Assembly: GCF_026210795.1 (NCBI RefSeq)
Contig: NC_089433.1
Span: forward strand, 3,596,001-3,660,000
Direction of reading: 5' to 3'
Origin: Rhizophagus irregularis
Taxonomy: Eukaryota
DNA length: 64,000 nt
Below, piece after piece: positions 25,709 to 40,709 of this stretch. The translations under genes were made by a program, and so were the position numbers. Every line of letters begins with the position of its first letter. Positions within the stretch are counted from its first letter, which is position 1. The notes below the pieces were generated by a model. That model saw only the letters and a program-made list of their open reading frames with translations. It was not told where the DNA came from and made no database searches.

Positions 25709-28359
25709 TGACATGTCGTATTCGTCGTAATTGTCATAATCTTTATAGATGATAGTCTGGTCTAACCAGCGATTTTTTTTTTTATTATTTAATAGAATAA
25801 ATGAATAAATATATTTCGAAAAAGAGAATTGCTCGGAACATAAACGTGAAAATAATAAAATGAATTTTCAATTTTATTTTTTTTTGAAAAAATAAAGTAT
25901 TTCAAACTAATATTCTTACTAGTAACATATTCTTACTATTAACTTGTTAGTGCCAGTTCTTTTCAAATATCGCTGAAAGATATTCTTGAATATATTTCAA
26001 ATATGATTCTTTGGAATGTAAACTCTTTGTATAATTTAGGAGCATATTTTTTACGAAGGGATTAGATAAGAGAACAAGAGACTTTAAAAAATATCTTGTT
26101 AACTATAGATAGTTATACCAATTTGGGGAATCTATAACGTAACATTATAATTGCTACGTATTTTATAATAATATACTACCAGCTACGGTTGCTAAATTCT
26201 ATAATATGGACGCGAAAGATATATAAAAAAAAAAAAATTAATTTTTAATTATGGAATTTTGAGTATAATCTATTCAAATCAATCGAACCTTCTATGTTTC
26301 TGGTACTATTAAAACGACCTGTCTTGATAATTATACGCTTTTATATATAATTTCTTAATGTCAGTTCTTTGTCAACTTTCATAATATGTATCAGTAACGT
26401 TAGAAATTTTCACATTATTACGCAAAGAAATCATAACTGGTGAAGATTTATTCAATTATTGTTATTGTAAAATGATTGAAACAATCGAGTTCTAATAATG
26501 GATGAAATAAATTTTACCAATTTATGCCCATTTTAACATTAACATCATATCGAAATTAAATAGGATATAACCTCTCTTTTTTTGGATAATTTTAACTGGC
26601 ATTATACGACTAATTGTAAATTTCTTTGGCTGTTCTATCTGTCATTTCCTTATATATTGTAACTGAACTCCAATTAAATTAATCTTATGCGCGTTTGTGA
26701 ATATAAACGACACTTAATTACTTAAAGTCCTATGAGTAACAATTATCACGAATTCACGACAAACAATTTATGTTTATTATTACTATTGTTATTTAGTCTG
26801 AGCAATCTAACCTAGACGCAATTGTTACTATATTATCCACATATGAGTCTAAGTCATAAATACTTTGTATGTTAGACTATTCTCGTTACACTAGATCACT
26901 GAGGTCATAATTTTCTTTTAATAAAACAACATATTGGATGAGCGACTGACGCGTAACATTAAATTATCTTTTATCATTCGTCATATAAGTTATCGATTCT
27001 CGAATAATTCTTTTGGCGAACTAAATAACATTTACACAGGTTAATAAGACAAATTCCTCGAAAAGTTCAATCATTTTTATGTAATTATAACCCTTTTTAG
27101 AGCAGTACTAAAAGATAATTATCTTTGTGAAATCTCTTATATATATAAATATATTTGAAATACCGTAATACTATAAATATTATACAGTACATTATTGAAC
27201 TAATCCTCGCCCATTTTTGAATCAAAAATTAATAAAGCTTATTTTGATTGATTGATTTGACTATAGAGAAAAACTTCCCAATATTGATAATAATTTTAAT
27301 TACTTTAAACAATAAATGATAAAAAATATTTCGCATAGTTATGTTGAATAATTGATACATAGATATTTTTATTATTAATCGATAATACTGTAAATATAAT
27401 TTTCAGTATTTATTAGTTATATCGCCTATATCGCCAATATAATGTTCATAAAAAAATCATATTAAACTCGAAACTAATTAACTAATTTTGATTTTTTTAA
27501 TTTGTATTAAGATAAGCTTGTACGTGTTTGAAAAGTTTATTCGTAGTTTTTTTTTGTTTAAAAAAGTTAATAAAAGCCAAACTGACCCACAGCAAATATA
27601 ATGAAAAATATCTTTGTTTGTAATCAGGAATACTCAGCGTTTAATTTCTGTTAATATTTTTATTAACGAAATAATATTGAATAACTGATTAATATTAACT
27701 GAAATTCTTAATTTGGTTAAATATGAAAATGGTTCGAAATAAATATTTTTGACTTAGTGAAAGTTTTAATTATAAATTCAAATATATTAAATTTTTATTT
27801 TTTTATAAAGTACGTCCAATAATTAACAAACCTTATAGTGGTTCAGATGTTAGTGTTAGTATACGTGGCCGCTTAGAAACGAACCATTCCTAATTTCGTG
27901 CTTATTCTCTCTGACCAATCGCCTTAGCTCATAATTTTAAACGCCATTAGTATATAATTTCTTATGTTCTTATGGTAAATGCTGCTGTAGAATAAATTGT
28001 ACCTTTTTAATGTAATTCATGATACCCAGTTCGGTTCAGCTTTTTACTTTTCTACCCATCTTTCCGTTTATTTGCCGCCTTCAAAATGGTTAAATTGTTG
28101 AGTAATATGATGGAGGGAAAAAAATGTGTACATTCCAGTACACCATAAAAGTTCAATCATTTCATGGCTCACAAATTTTGTCGGTTAGTATGACCCGAAC
28201 CTTTATAAAACCATTAGGTCATTAGTCGATCTATGATTTTGGCGTAGATGTACAACCATCAATATTTAATTTAACTATTTTTGAAATGATTTAAATATTA
28301 CAAAATGGCCAGTATTTAATTTTGATCGTCTTTTTTTTTTTATTTTAAAATTATAAATT

Positions 28360-29885
28360 ATGTCCGCCGAATTTTTCTCAAAATTAAGTCAAAATTATAT
28401 TGAATTATTAAAAGATGATGAATATTATGATATTACAATTGAAGTTGGTGAAGATCCTAATGTAAAAATATTTCGTGCTCATATGAATATTTTATGTTAT
28501 CGTTCTCCATATTTACGACGAGTTTTGGCTTCTAACAAAAAAGAAGATAACATTTTATCTCACATTAGATTACCAAATATATCACCGGAAATTTTTCAAA
28601 TTATTTTAGAGTAAGTTCTAATTTTATATTATCCATACAATAACCTTGAAGAATCAAATTATTAACTTTAAATTTTTCGTAATACAGATATATATATGGT
28701 GGTATTATTTCTTTAAGTGGACAGGATACTTCAGACATTCTAGATGTTTTGTTGGCTGCAAATGAGCTTTGTTTTCAGGAACTAGTTGATTATTTACAAA
28801 AATATTTAATTGAAAATAAATCTGAGTGGATGAAAGAAAATTTCGAATTTACTCAACGAATCAGTTCACAATCTAATAATTTAGTGGACCTTCAACATTT
28901 TTGTACAGATTTTGTTGCTAAATTTCCTGAAAGAATACTTAAGTCGCTTTATTTTACTTCACTTTCCGAGAAATTGTTGATTTCACTCATTAAGAGGGAT
29001 AATTTACAAATGAAAGAAGTTGAAATTTGGGAACATGTATTAAAATGGGGTCTTGCACAAAATCCTACTCTCGTTTCAGATCCTAATGATTGGTCAGATA
29101 ATGATTTTAAAACAATGGAGAATACTTTGCAATATTGCCTACCATTTGTTAGACTTTTTAGTTTATCATCCAAAGAATTTTCAGATAAAGTTAGACCATA
29201 TCAAAAGCTTTTTAAACGTCAATCTTATGAAGATCTATTAAATTCTTATTTGGATCCTTATTATGAACCAAGTGACAGTATCTCACTTCCTAGAAATATT
29301 GAAATAGATGGAATTATTGATTCAAAAATTGTTAATTTAAATATTGTTTCAATTATTTCAAGATGGATTGATAAAGTAGATGTTAATTGTAAATTTTCTC
29401 ATTTAAGAGAATTATATTTACCATACGAATTTCAATTATTGATAAGAGGAAGCCGAGATGGATTTACTCCTAGAAAGTTTCATACTTTATGTGATAATAA
29501 GCATAATACAGTTACATTTATTAAAGTAAAGGATTCAGAAGAAATTCTTGGTGGATACAATCCAATAACATGGATGAATGTTAATTCTTGGGGTGAAGCT
29601 CAAAATTGTTTTATTTTTTCTTTTAAAAATAGAAGTAATTTTAAAGATGCAATTTTGAGTATTGTAAAATATACAGACAACGCGTTGAATTATCATCCTG
29701 ATCATGGCCCATTCTTTGGCAATGACCTTATAATATATACATCTGAAGAATCTAAAGATTCAGCTGATATAGATTTTGATACGACAAAAGTTTGTAATGA
29801 AACATCTTGTTACGAAAAAAGTATAAGGGAAGGAGGGGAATTTCTAATGGAAGATTATGAAATCTTTCAAATTATAAAAAGATAA
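28360..29885 (+). CDS. BTB/POZ-BACK-TLDc protein (intact; intron 28611-28687)
   Basis: Same motifs as gene 1; frame is continuous after splicing. Confidence 0.92.
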
Positions 29886-30238
29886 ATAGTATTTTTTTTA
29901 TTTTGTTTCTTCGTATCTATACAATATGTAATTTTTATTAACTTTTCCTGGAATAAGCAGTAAAAATGAAACGTGGTATATTGTAAATAAAATTATATAC
30001 CTTATTTATTTTTCGTTTTTTTTTTCATTCTCGGTATAATTTATATTTACTATTCAACTGAAATTATTCAAATTTATCATTTGAACATTAGCTACAGTAT
30101 ATGTAAGTGCTTATGGCGACTATGCGTTAGTTAAATGCACATCAATATTTTAATTTAGCCATTTTTGAAATAATTATATTACAAATGGAGTAATTTATCG
30201 CCAATATTTTTGATCGATTTTTTTTTTACTTTTAAATT

Positions 30239-31756
30239 ATGTCTGCCGAATTTTTTTCGAAATTAATTCAAAATTATGTTGAATTATTGGAAGATGATGA
30301 ATATTATGATATTACAATTGAAGTTGGCGAGGATCCTAATGTAAAAATATTTCGTGCTCATATGAATATTTTATGTTATCGTTTTTCATATTTTCGGCGG
30401 GTTATAGCTTCTAATAAAAAGGACAACGTTTTAGCTCATATTAAATTTATAAAAATATCACCGGAAATCTTTCAAATGATTTTGAGGTATTTTATAATTT
30501 TTATATAAAATACATTTAAAACATTTTTTTTAAAATATTTATATTTTATTAACTGGATTTGTGATATAGGTATATTTATGGTGGTATTCTTTCGTTAAAT
30601 GAACAAGAAAATTCAGATTTTCTTAAAGTATTGGCTGCTGCGGATGAACTTCGTCTCCAAGAACTAGTTGATTATTTACAAAAATATTTAATTGAAAATA
30701 AGTCCGAATGGATGGAAGAAAATTTTGAATTTACTCAACGAATCAGCTTACAATCTAATAATCTGGTGGAGCTTCAACAATTTTGTGTAGATTTTATTGC
30801 TAAATCACCTGAAAAAAATATTTAAACCACTTTATTTCACTTCGATTTCTGAAAATTTTTTAATTTCACTTATTAAGAGAGATGATTTACAAATGAAAGA
30901 AATTGAAATATGGGAGCATGTATTAAAATGGGGACTTGCACAAAATCCCACTCTCGTTACAGATCCTAATGTTTGGTCAGATGATGATTTTAAAACAATG
31001 GAAAATACCTTGCAACATTGTCTACCTTACGTTAGACTTTTTTGTCTATCATCAAAAGAATTCTCACAAAAAGTTAGTCCATATAAAAAACTCTTAAATA
31101 AACAACTATATGAGGATTTATTAAATTCTTACTTGGATTCTGGTCGTGAACCGATTGAAGACATTTCATTGCCTAGAAACATTGGAAATATTGAAATTAT
31201 TGATTCAAAAATTGTTAATTTAAATATTGTTTCAATTATTTCAAGATGGATTGATAAAGTTGATGTTAATTATAACTTTTCTCATTTAAGAGAGTTATAT
31301 TTACCATATAAATTTCAATTATTGATAAGAGGAAGCCGAGATGGATTTACTCCTAAAAAGTTTCATACTTCATGTGATAATAAACATAATACTGTTACTT
31401 TTATAAAAGTAAAGGATTCAGAAGAAATTCTTGGTGGATATAACCCTCTAAAATGGGAATCTTCTGATACTTGGGGTAAAACTAATGTTAGTTTTATTTT
31501 TTCTTTTAAAAATAAGAATAATTTTAAAGATGCAATATTGAGTATTATAAAAGATACAAACAACGCGTTGAATTATCATTCCATATTTGGTCCATGTTTT
31601 GGCAAAGATCTTTTAATGTATACATATATAGGTGCAGCTGATATAGATTTTGATATGACGGAAGTTTGTAGTGAATATTACGAAAAAAGAATAAGAGAGG
31701 AAGGCGAATTTCTGATGGAAGATTATGAAATCTTTCAAATTATTAAAAATAAATAG
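30239..31756 (+). pseudogene. BTB-BACK-TLDc paralog with a +1 frameshift in an A-run near 30812-30818
   Basis: GAAAAAAATA versus GAAAAAATA in paralogs; could be a sequencing error. Confidence 0.75.
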
Positions 31757-32068
31757 TATTTTTTTTTTTCTTATTTTGTTTTCTTCGTATCTATGCAATA
31801 TGTAATTTCTTTTGGAATAGTCAGTAAAATGTAACATGACATATTGTGAAATAAAATTATAAACCTTATTTTTCATACAGATTATTACATAATAATTTTA
31901 TATTCAAAATATTCAAATTTTATCATTATTTATAAATGTGAACCAGCTACATATCATGACATCAATATTTAATTTAACCATCTTTGAAATAATTATATAT
32001 TAGTTTAACGACCGATATTTAATTTGATCGTCTTTTCATGGTATCTTGTTTTTTAAAAATTATGAATT

Positions 32069-33583
32069 ATGTCTGCCGAATTTTTTTCAAAATTAAGTCA
32101 AAATTATATTGAATTATTGAAAGATGATAAATATTATGATATTACAATTGAAGTTGGTGAAGATCTTAATGTAAAAATCTTTCGTGCTCATATGAATATT
32201 TTGTGTTATCGTTCTCCATATTTACGACGAGTTTTGGCTTCTAACAAAAAAGAAGATAACATTTTATCTCACATTAGATTACCAAATATATCATCGGAAA
32301 TTTTTCAAATTATTTTAGAGTAAGTTCTAATTTTATATTATCCATACGATAACTTTGAAGATCAAATTATTAACTTTAAATTTTTTGTAATTCAGATATA
32401 TATATGGTGGTATTATTTCTTTAAATGAACAGAATACTTCAGACATCCTAAATGCTTTGTTGGCTGCAGATGAGCTTTGTCTTCAGGAACTAGTTGATTA
32501 TTTACAAATATATTTAATTGAAAATAAATCCGAGTGGATGAAAGAAAATTTTGAATTTACTCAACGAATCAGCTCACAATCTAATAATTTAGTAGAGCTT
32601 CAAAAATTTTGTGCAGATTTTGTTGCTAAGTCTCCTGAAAGGATATTTAAGTCGCCTCATTTTACTTCACTTTCTGAAGAATTTTTGGTTTCACTCATTA
32701 AGAGGGATGATATACAAATGAAAGAAGTTGAAATTTGGGAACATGTATTAAAATGGGGTCTTGCACAAAATCCTTCTTTCGTTGCAGATCCTAATGTTTG
32801 GTTAGATAATGATTTTAAAATAATGGAGAACACTCTGCAACATTGCCTACCGTTTGTTAGACTTTTTAGTTTATCATCCAAAGAATTTTCAGATAAAGTT
32901 AGACCATATCAAAAGCTTTTTAAACGTCAATCTTATGAAGATCTATTAAGTTCTTATTTGGATCCTTATTATGAACCAGGTGACAGTATCTCACTCCCTA
33001 GAAATATTGAAATAGATGGAATTATTGATTCAAAAATTGTTAATTTAAATATCGTTTCAATTATTTCAAGATGGATTGATAAAGTAGATGCTAATTGTAA
33101 CTTTTCTTATTTAAGAGAATTATATTTACCATACAAATTTCAATTATTGATAAGAGGAAGTCGGGATGGATTTACTCCTAGAAACTTTCATACTTTATGT
33201 GATAATAAACATAATACAGTTACATTTATTAAATTAAAGGATTCAGAAGAAATTCTTGGTGGATACAATCCAATAATATGGATGAAATTTGATTCATGGG
33301 GTAAAACTCAAAATAGTTTTATTTTTTCTTTTAAAAATAAAATAATTTAAAGGATGCAATTTTGAGTATTGTGAAAGATACAAATGGCGCGTTGAATTAT
33401 CATAACGAACATGGTCCATGCTTTGGCAAAGACCTTTTAATATATACATATGAAGATTCTGCTGATATAGATTTTGATCTTACAGAAGTTTTTACTGATG
33501 AATATTACGAAAAAAGTATAAGAGAAGAAGGCGAATTTCTGATGGAAGATTACGAAATCTTTCAAATTATAAAAAATAAATAG
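32069..33583 (+). pseudogene. BTB-BACK-TLDc paralog with a frameshift near 33340
   Basis: ORF stops at 33350 and the TLDc tail continues in another frame (33362-33583). Confidence 0.78.
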
Positions 33584-33913
33584 TATTTTTTTTTCTTATT
33601 TTGTTTTTTCGTATCTATGTAATATGTAATTTTTATTAACTTTTCCTGGAATAAGCAATAAAAATGAAACGTGGCATATTGTAAAATAAAATTATAAACC
33701 ATATTTATTTTTTTTTTTTTCATTCTTATATTTACTATTCAAATTATTCAAATTTATCATTTGAACATTAGCAAGTACTTATGACGATTATGACGTATAA
33801 ATGCACATCAATATTTAATTTAGCTATTTTTGAAATAATTATATTACAAATGGAGCAATTTATCGCCAATATTTTGATCGATTTTTTTTTTACTTTTAAA
33901 ATAATTATAAATT

Positions 33914-35419
33914 ATGTCTGCCGAATTTTTTTCGAAATTAATTCAAAATTATGTTGAATTATTGGAAGATGATGAATATTATGATATTACAATTGAAGTT
34001 GGTGAAGATCCTAATGTAAAAATATTTCGTGCTCATATGAATATTTTATGTTATCGTTCTTCATATTTTCGACGGGTTATAGCTTCTAATAAAAAGAAGG
34101 ACAACGTTTTAGCTCATATTAAATTTCCAAATATGTCACCGGAAATCTTTCAAATTATCTTGAGGTAATTAATTTATAATGTACATTAATTTATCATTAT
34201 TTATATTTTATTAACTGGATTTGTGATATAGGTATATTTATGGTGGTATTCTTTCGTTAGATGAGCAAGAAACTTCAGATTTTCTTAAAGTATTGGCTGC
34301 TGCGGATGAGCTTCAACTCCAAGAACTAGTTGATTATTTACAAAAATATTTAATTGAAAATAAGTCCGAATGGATGGAAGAAAATTTTGAATTTACTCAA
34401 CGAATCAGCTTACAATCTAATAATTTTGTGGAGCTTCAACAATTTTGTGCAAATTTTATTGCTAAATCACCTGAAAAAATATTTAAATCACATTACTTCA
34501 CTTCGATTTCTGAAAAATTTTTAGTTTCACTCATTAAGAGAGATGATTTACAAATGAAAGAAATTGAAGTATGGGAACATGTATTAAAATGGGGTCTCGC
34601 ACAAAATTCAACTCTCATTTCAGATCCAGATACTTGGTCAAATGATGATATTAAAACGTTGAAAAATACTCTACAACATTTTTTACCTTTGATGAGACTT
34701 TATAGTTTATCATCAAAAGAATTCTCACAAAAAGTTCGTCCATATAAAAAACTCTTAAATAAACAACTATATGAGGATTTATTAAATTTTTACTTAGATT
34801 CTGATCGTGAACCAACTGAAAACATTTCATTGCCTAGAAGTATTGGAATTGATGGAATTTTTGATTCGGAAATTGTTAATTTAAATATTGTTTCAATTAT
34901 TTCAAGATGGATTGATAAAGTTGATGTTAATTATAAATTTTCTCATTTAAGAGAATTATATTTACCGTATAAATTTCAATTATTGATAAGAGGAAGGATG
35001 AGTTTACTCCTAAAAAGTTTCATACTTTATGTGATAATAAATGCCATACTGTTACCTTTATAAAAGTAAAGGATTCAGAAGAAATTCTAGGTGGATATAA
35101 CCCTTTAAAATGGGAATCTTCTAGAACTTGGGGTAAAACCAATGCTAGTTTTATATTTTCTTTTAAAAATAAGAATAATTTTAAGGATGCAATATTGAGT
35201 ATTATAAAAGATACAAACAACGCATTGAATTATCATTCCATATTTGGTCCATGTTTTGGCAAAGATCTTTTAATGTATACGTCTACAGGTTCAGCTGATA
35301 TGGATATTGATGTGACAAAAATTTATAATGAACAAAATTATTACGAAAAAAGTATAAGAGAAGGAGGAAATTTTCCAATGGAAGATTATGAAATCTTTCA
35401 AATTATAAAAGATAAATAG
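33914..35419 (+). pseudogene. BTB-BACK-TLDc pseudogene with a small deletion in the GSRDGF motif (about 34995)
   Basis: AGAGGAAGGATGAGTTTACT versus AGAGGAAGCCGAGATGGATTTACT in paralogs; a non-homopolymer lesion. Confidence 0.85.
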
Positions 35420-35766
35420 TATTTTTTTTTTCTTTCTTATTTGTTTCTTCGTATCTATGCAATATGTAATTTTTTTTAATAAACACTTTCCTGAAATAGT
35501 CAATAAAATGAAACATGACATATTATGAAATAAAATTATAAACCTTTTTCACTTTTTCATTTTTCAATACCATATCATTGCTTATATTTAATATTCAAAT
35601 TATTCAAATTTATCATTATTTATAAATGAGAACCAGCTACAGTCAAGTTATGACGTAGTAAATGCACATCAATATTTAATTTAACCATTTTTGAAATAAT
35701 TATATATTAGTTCAACACCCAATATTTAATTTGATCGTCTTTTTCTTATTTTTAAAATTATAAAAT

Positions 35767-37490
35767 ATGTCCGCCGAATTTTTTTCAAAATTAAGTCAAA
35801 ATTATGTTGAATTATTGGAAGATAATGAATATTATGATATTACAATTGAAGTTGGTGAGGACCCTAATGTAAAAATATTTCGTGCTCATATGAATATTTT
35901 ATGTTATCGTTCTCCATATTTTCGGCGGGTTATGGCTTCTAATAAAAAGAAGGACAACGGTTTAGCTCATATTAAATTTCCAAATATATCACCGGAAATC
36001 TTTCAAATTATTTTGAGGTATTTTATAATCTTTTATAACATACATTTAAATATTTATATTTTATTAACCGGATTTTTGATATAGATATATTTATGGCGGT
36101 ACTCTTTCGTTAAATGAGCAAGAAACTTCAGATTTTCTTAAAGTATTGGCTGTTGCGGATGAACTTCGTCTCCAAGAACTAGTTGATTATTTACAAAAAT
36201 ATTTAATTGAAAATAAGTCCGAATGGATGGAAGAAAATTTTGAATTTACTCAACGAATCAGCTTACAATCTAATAATCTGGTGGAGCTTCAACAATTTTG
36301 TGTAGATTTTATTGCTAAATCACCTGAAAAAATATTTAAAACACTTTATTTCACTTCGATTTCTGAAAATTTTTTAATTTCACTTATTAAGAGAGATGAT
36401 TTACAAATGAAAGAAATTGAAATATGGGAGCATGTATTAAAATGGGGACTTGCACAAAATCCCACTCTCGTTACAGATCCTAATGTTTGGTCAGATGATG
36501 ATATTAAGACGTTGAAAAATACTCTACTACATTGTTTACCTTTGGTGAGATTTTTTAGTTTATCATCAAAAGAATATTCACAAAAAGTTCGTCCATATAA
36601 AAAACTCTTAAATAAACAATTATATGAGGATTTATTAAATTCTTACTTAGATTCTGATCGTGAACCAACTGAAAACATTTCATTGCCTAGAAATATTGGA
36701 AATATTGGAAATATTGGAATTATTGATTCAAAAATTGTTAATTTAAATGTTGTTTCAATTATTTCAAGATGGATTAATAAAATTGATGTTAATCATAAAT
36801 TTTCTTATTTAAGAGAATTATATTTACCATATAAATTTCAATTATTGATAAGAGGAAGCCGAGATGGGTTTACTCCTAAAAAGTTTCATACTTTATGTGA
36901 TAATAAACATAATACTGTAACCCTATAAAAAATTTTTATCCGAATATTTCCATTATTTCTCCGTGTCTTCCGTAAAAATTCCGTGAAAATGATACATTCA
37001 CGGATATCCGTGTTAGCGAGATGAAAATTTCCATGATTTAAGGCTATTAATTCCATGAAAATGATACATTCACGGAAAAAACATGGAAAGATAAAACACG
37101 GATCAGATTTTTTACAGGGTAACTTTTATAAAAGTAAAGGATTCAGAAGAAATTCTTGGTGGATATAATCCAATAATATGGTCGAATTCTAATTCTTGGG
37201 GTAAAACTAAAACTAGTTTTATTTTTTCCTTTAAAAATAAGAATAATTTCAAAGCTGCAATTTTGAGTATTGTAAAAAGTACAAATAACGCGTTGAATTA
37301 TCATCCTGGTCATGGCCCATGCTTTGGCAACGACCTTTTAATATATACATCTGACGAATCTGAAGATTCGGCTGATATGGATTTTGATGGGGCGGAGGTT
37401 TATGATGGAGCAGAATGTTATGAAAATAGTATAAGAGAAAAAGGTAAATTTCCAATGGAAGATTATGAAGTATTTCAAATTATAGAGTAA
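35767..37490 (+). pseudogene. BTB-BACK-TLDc gene interrupted by a MITE in the TLDc domain
   Basis: Removing 36921-37119 plus one TAA restores N-T-V-T-F-I-K-V-K. Confidence 0.9.
36921..37119. mobile_element. MITE with CCCT...AGGG termini and a 3-bp TSD (TAA)
   Basis: CCCTATAAAAAAT / ATTTTTTACAGGG; TAA on both sides; TCCGTG/CACGGA internal repeats; the empty site is defined by paralogs. Confidence 0.92.
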
Positions 37491-38156
37491 TTGGTATATT
37501 TATTTTGCAATAGCAAATTTGTAAAATAATAACCAGGATGATATTATATATGCTTACTTAGTCAATGAACCAAACATTAGTCATTATTAATAAATTTTTT
37601 ATGATTTTATTAATGATGAATATTGTAAAAATTCTCGTGAATATTCCCAATAAAATGTGTTATAACAGAGGAAGATTTTACTGTTTCAGCATAAATCCAA
37701 ATCAGTTATTATTTGAGAATTTTTTATGATTAGGCCATTCCAACTAGATTGTTTGTTTAATGTACCCTTATATTTTTTTAAATTTTGATAATGTATAACA
37801 TGTACATGCATGTTTAAAATATCCATTTAAATTATAAATTTTCTGAAGTTTCCAAAATTTATTTCATTTAGTTTGTTTAATGAAAACCCCCTCCCCCTCA
37901 AACTTTCAGAAATCTGGACGTTGAACAAACAGAACAGTCCTATTAATAAAAATTTACGGGTGTTTCAACACGTATCACGTGACCATATAAAAAAAAAATT
38001 AATACAGAATATTAATTTAGGTGACTTGTAAAGTTGTTGTAATACATCCGTGACTTCAGGTAATTCTTTGTTATTATATTCACCGTTACATAAATATAAA
38101 TTACATAAATATAATAATGAGAATTCGGTTTGAGTTTTTCATTTGCGCAGTCGTCG

Positions 38157-38698
38157 AGGACCCAGAAATATATATACAGGGGTAGGGTACACAGATGCGT
38201 CGCCATCATAGTGGAATTAGACGGAGTAAAGTTTTGATTAGCGTACAATTTAAGAATTTTTCATCCATAGTTAGGCCATCAAGATTGCGTATTTTTATCA
38301 AAATTTTTATATGTAAAAAATTAGTTTGCGTATTTTTGGCCTAAATTTGGCTAATCTTATATATATAATATATTCACTGTACGTTAGTAATATTTAGTAT
38401 TAAATGAAAGAAATTTCTAAGGGTTAAAAAGTGAAATTTTAGAAAATTATTATTGAAAAAATGGTAAATTAGAATAAATTCTATCTTTTCACATTAGTAT
38501 TTGGTTTATAAATAATATAGAAGTCATAATAAAATAATTAATAACTTAATACCTGAAATTTTATTTGCATGATTTTCAATATCAGGTGTATCAGGTGTCA
38601 ATTATGCGTACTAGTACTCATATAAAAAGTCTCTGCGTACAGCTCATAGTAAAAAAAATTTTCGCCACCTGACCCTTATATATATATTTCTGGGTCCT
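38157..38698. mobile_element. Non-autonomous TIR element with AGGACCC termini
   Basis: TIR AGGACCCAGAAATATATATA / TATATATATTTCTGGGTCCT with a perfect 8-bp TSD AGTCGTCG. Confidence 0.92.
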
Positions 38699-39198
38699 AG
38701 TCGTCGTGTTGGAATTTTCCTATGAAATAAGGAGCGTTAATGACTGTCAAACGTAGCCGCAAATATATTGTATTTAATTTTATTTTTAATATATAGACAA
38801 AACCGGAACCTTAGCTATCTACTGTAAGCAGTACGAATTACAAAAACGAAACACGCTAAAATAAAACTAAGTTGTTTAACCCCAAGGAACTGGATAGGAG
38901 CCGCTCTGCCAAATTATTCTAGGAACCCTAGGCGTAGCCGGATTAACCACCAAAACCAGACTGATATTGTATTTAAGACGTTTATTGTTTAGCGAAAGTA
39001 AATCAATTTTATCACGTGACAATTTTTGTTCCACGCTGCTTATAGACTTGTGCTAATTTGCTAATTTGCATAAATACACATCAATATTTAATTTAACTAT
39101 TTTTGAAGTAATTATATATCACAAAATGGCAAAATGGCTAGTATTTAATTTTGATCGCCTTTTCCTCATTTTTTTTTTTATTTTTAAAATTATAAATT

Positions 39199-40709
39199 AT
39201 GTCTGCCGAATTTTTCTCAAAATTAAGTCAAAATTATATTGAATTATTGAAAGATGATGAATATTATGATATTACAATTGAAGTTGGTGAAGATCCTAAT
39301 GTAAAAATATTTCGTGCTCATATGAATATTTTATGTTATCGTTCTTCATATTTTCGGCGAGCTTTAGCTTCTAATAAAAAGAAGGACAACGTTTTAGCTC
39401 ATATTAAATTTCCAAATATATCACCGGAAATCTTTCAAATTATTTTGAGGTATTTTATAATTTTTATATAAAATGCATTTAAAGCATTTTTTTTTTAATA
39501 TTTATATTTTATTAACTGGATTTGTGATATAGGTATATTTATGGTGGTATTCTTTCGTTAAATGAACAAAAAACTTCAGATTTTCTTAAAGTTTTGGCTG
39601 CTGCGGATGAGCTTCGACTCCAAGAACTAGTTGATCATTTACAAAAATATTTAATTGAAAATAAGTCTGAATGGATGGAAGAAAATTTTGAATTTACTCA
39701 ACGAATCAGCTTACAATCTAATAATTTTGTGGAGCTTCAACAATTTTGTGCAAATTTTATTGCTAAATCACCTGAACAAATATTTAAATCACTTACTTCG
39801 ATTTCTGAAAAATTTTTAATTTCACTTATTAAGAGAGATGATTTACAAATGAAAGAAATTGAAGTATGGGAGCATGTATTAAAATGGGGACTTGCACAAA
39901 ATCCTACTCTCGTTTCAGATCCTAATGTTTGGTCAGATGATGATTTTAAAACAATGGAAAATACCTTGCAACATTGTCTACCTCACGTTAGACTTTTTAG
40001 TTTATCATCAAAAGAATTCTCACAAAAAGTTCGTCCATATAAAAAACTCTTAAATAAACAATTATATGAGGATTTATTAAATTCTTACTTAGATTCTGAT
40101 CGTGAACCAACTGAAAACATTTCATTGCCTAGAAGTATTGAAATTGATGGAATTATTGATTCAAAAATTGTTAATTTAAATATTGTTTCGATAATTTCAA
40201 GATGGATTGATAAAATAGATGTTAATTATAAAATTTCTCATTTAAGAGAATTATATTTACCATACAAATTTCGATTATTAATAAGAGGAAGTCGGGATGG
40301 ATTTACTCCTAGAAAATTTCATACTTTATGTGATAATAAGCATAATACAGTTACATTTATTAAAGTAAGGGAATCAGAAGAAATTCTTGGCGGATACAAT
40401 CCAATAATATGGATGAATTCTAATTCTTGGGGTAAAACTCAAAATAGTTTTATTTTTTCTTTTAAAAATAGAAATAATTTTAAAGATGCAATTTTGAGTA
40501 TTGTAAAAGATACAAACAACGCGTTGAATTATCATACCGAACATGGTCCATGCTTTGGCAAAGAACTTTTGATATATACATCTGAAGATTCTGCTGATAT
40601 AGATTTTGATAAGACAATCTGTCATGAACAAAAATTCTATGAAAAAAGCATAAGAAAAAAAGGTGAATTTCCATTGGAGGATTATGAGGTATTTCAAATT
40701 ATAAAATAA
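39199..40709 (+). CDS. BTB/POZ-BACK-TLDc protein (intact; intron 39450-39532)
   Basis: Same motifs as the other paralogs; frame is continuous after splicing. Confidence 0.92.
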
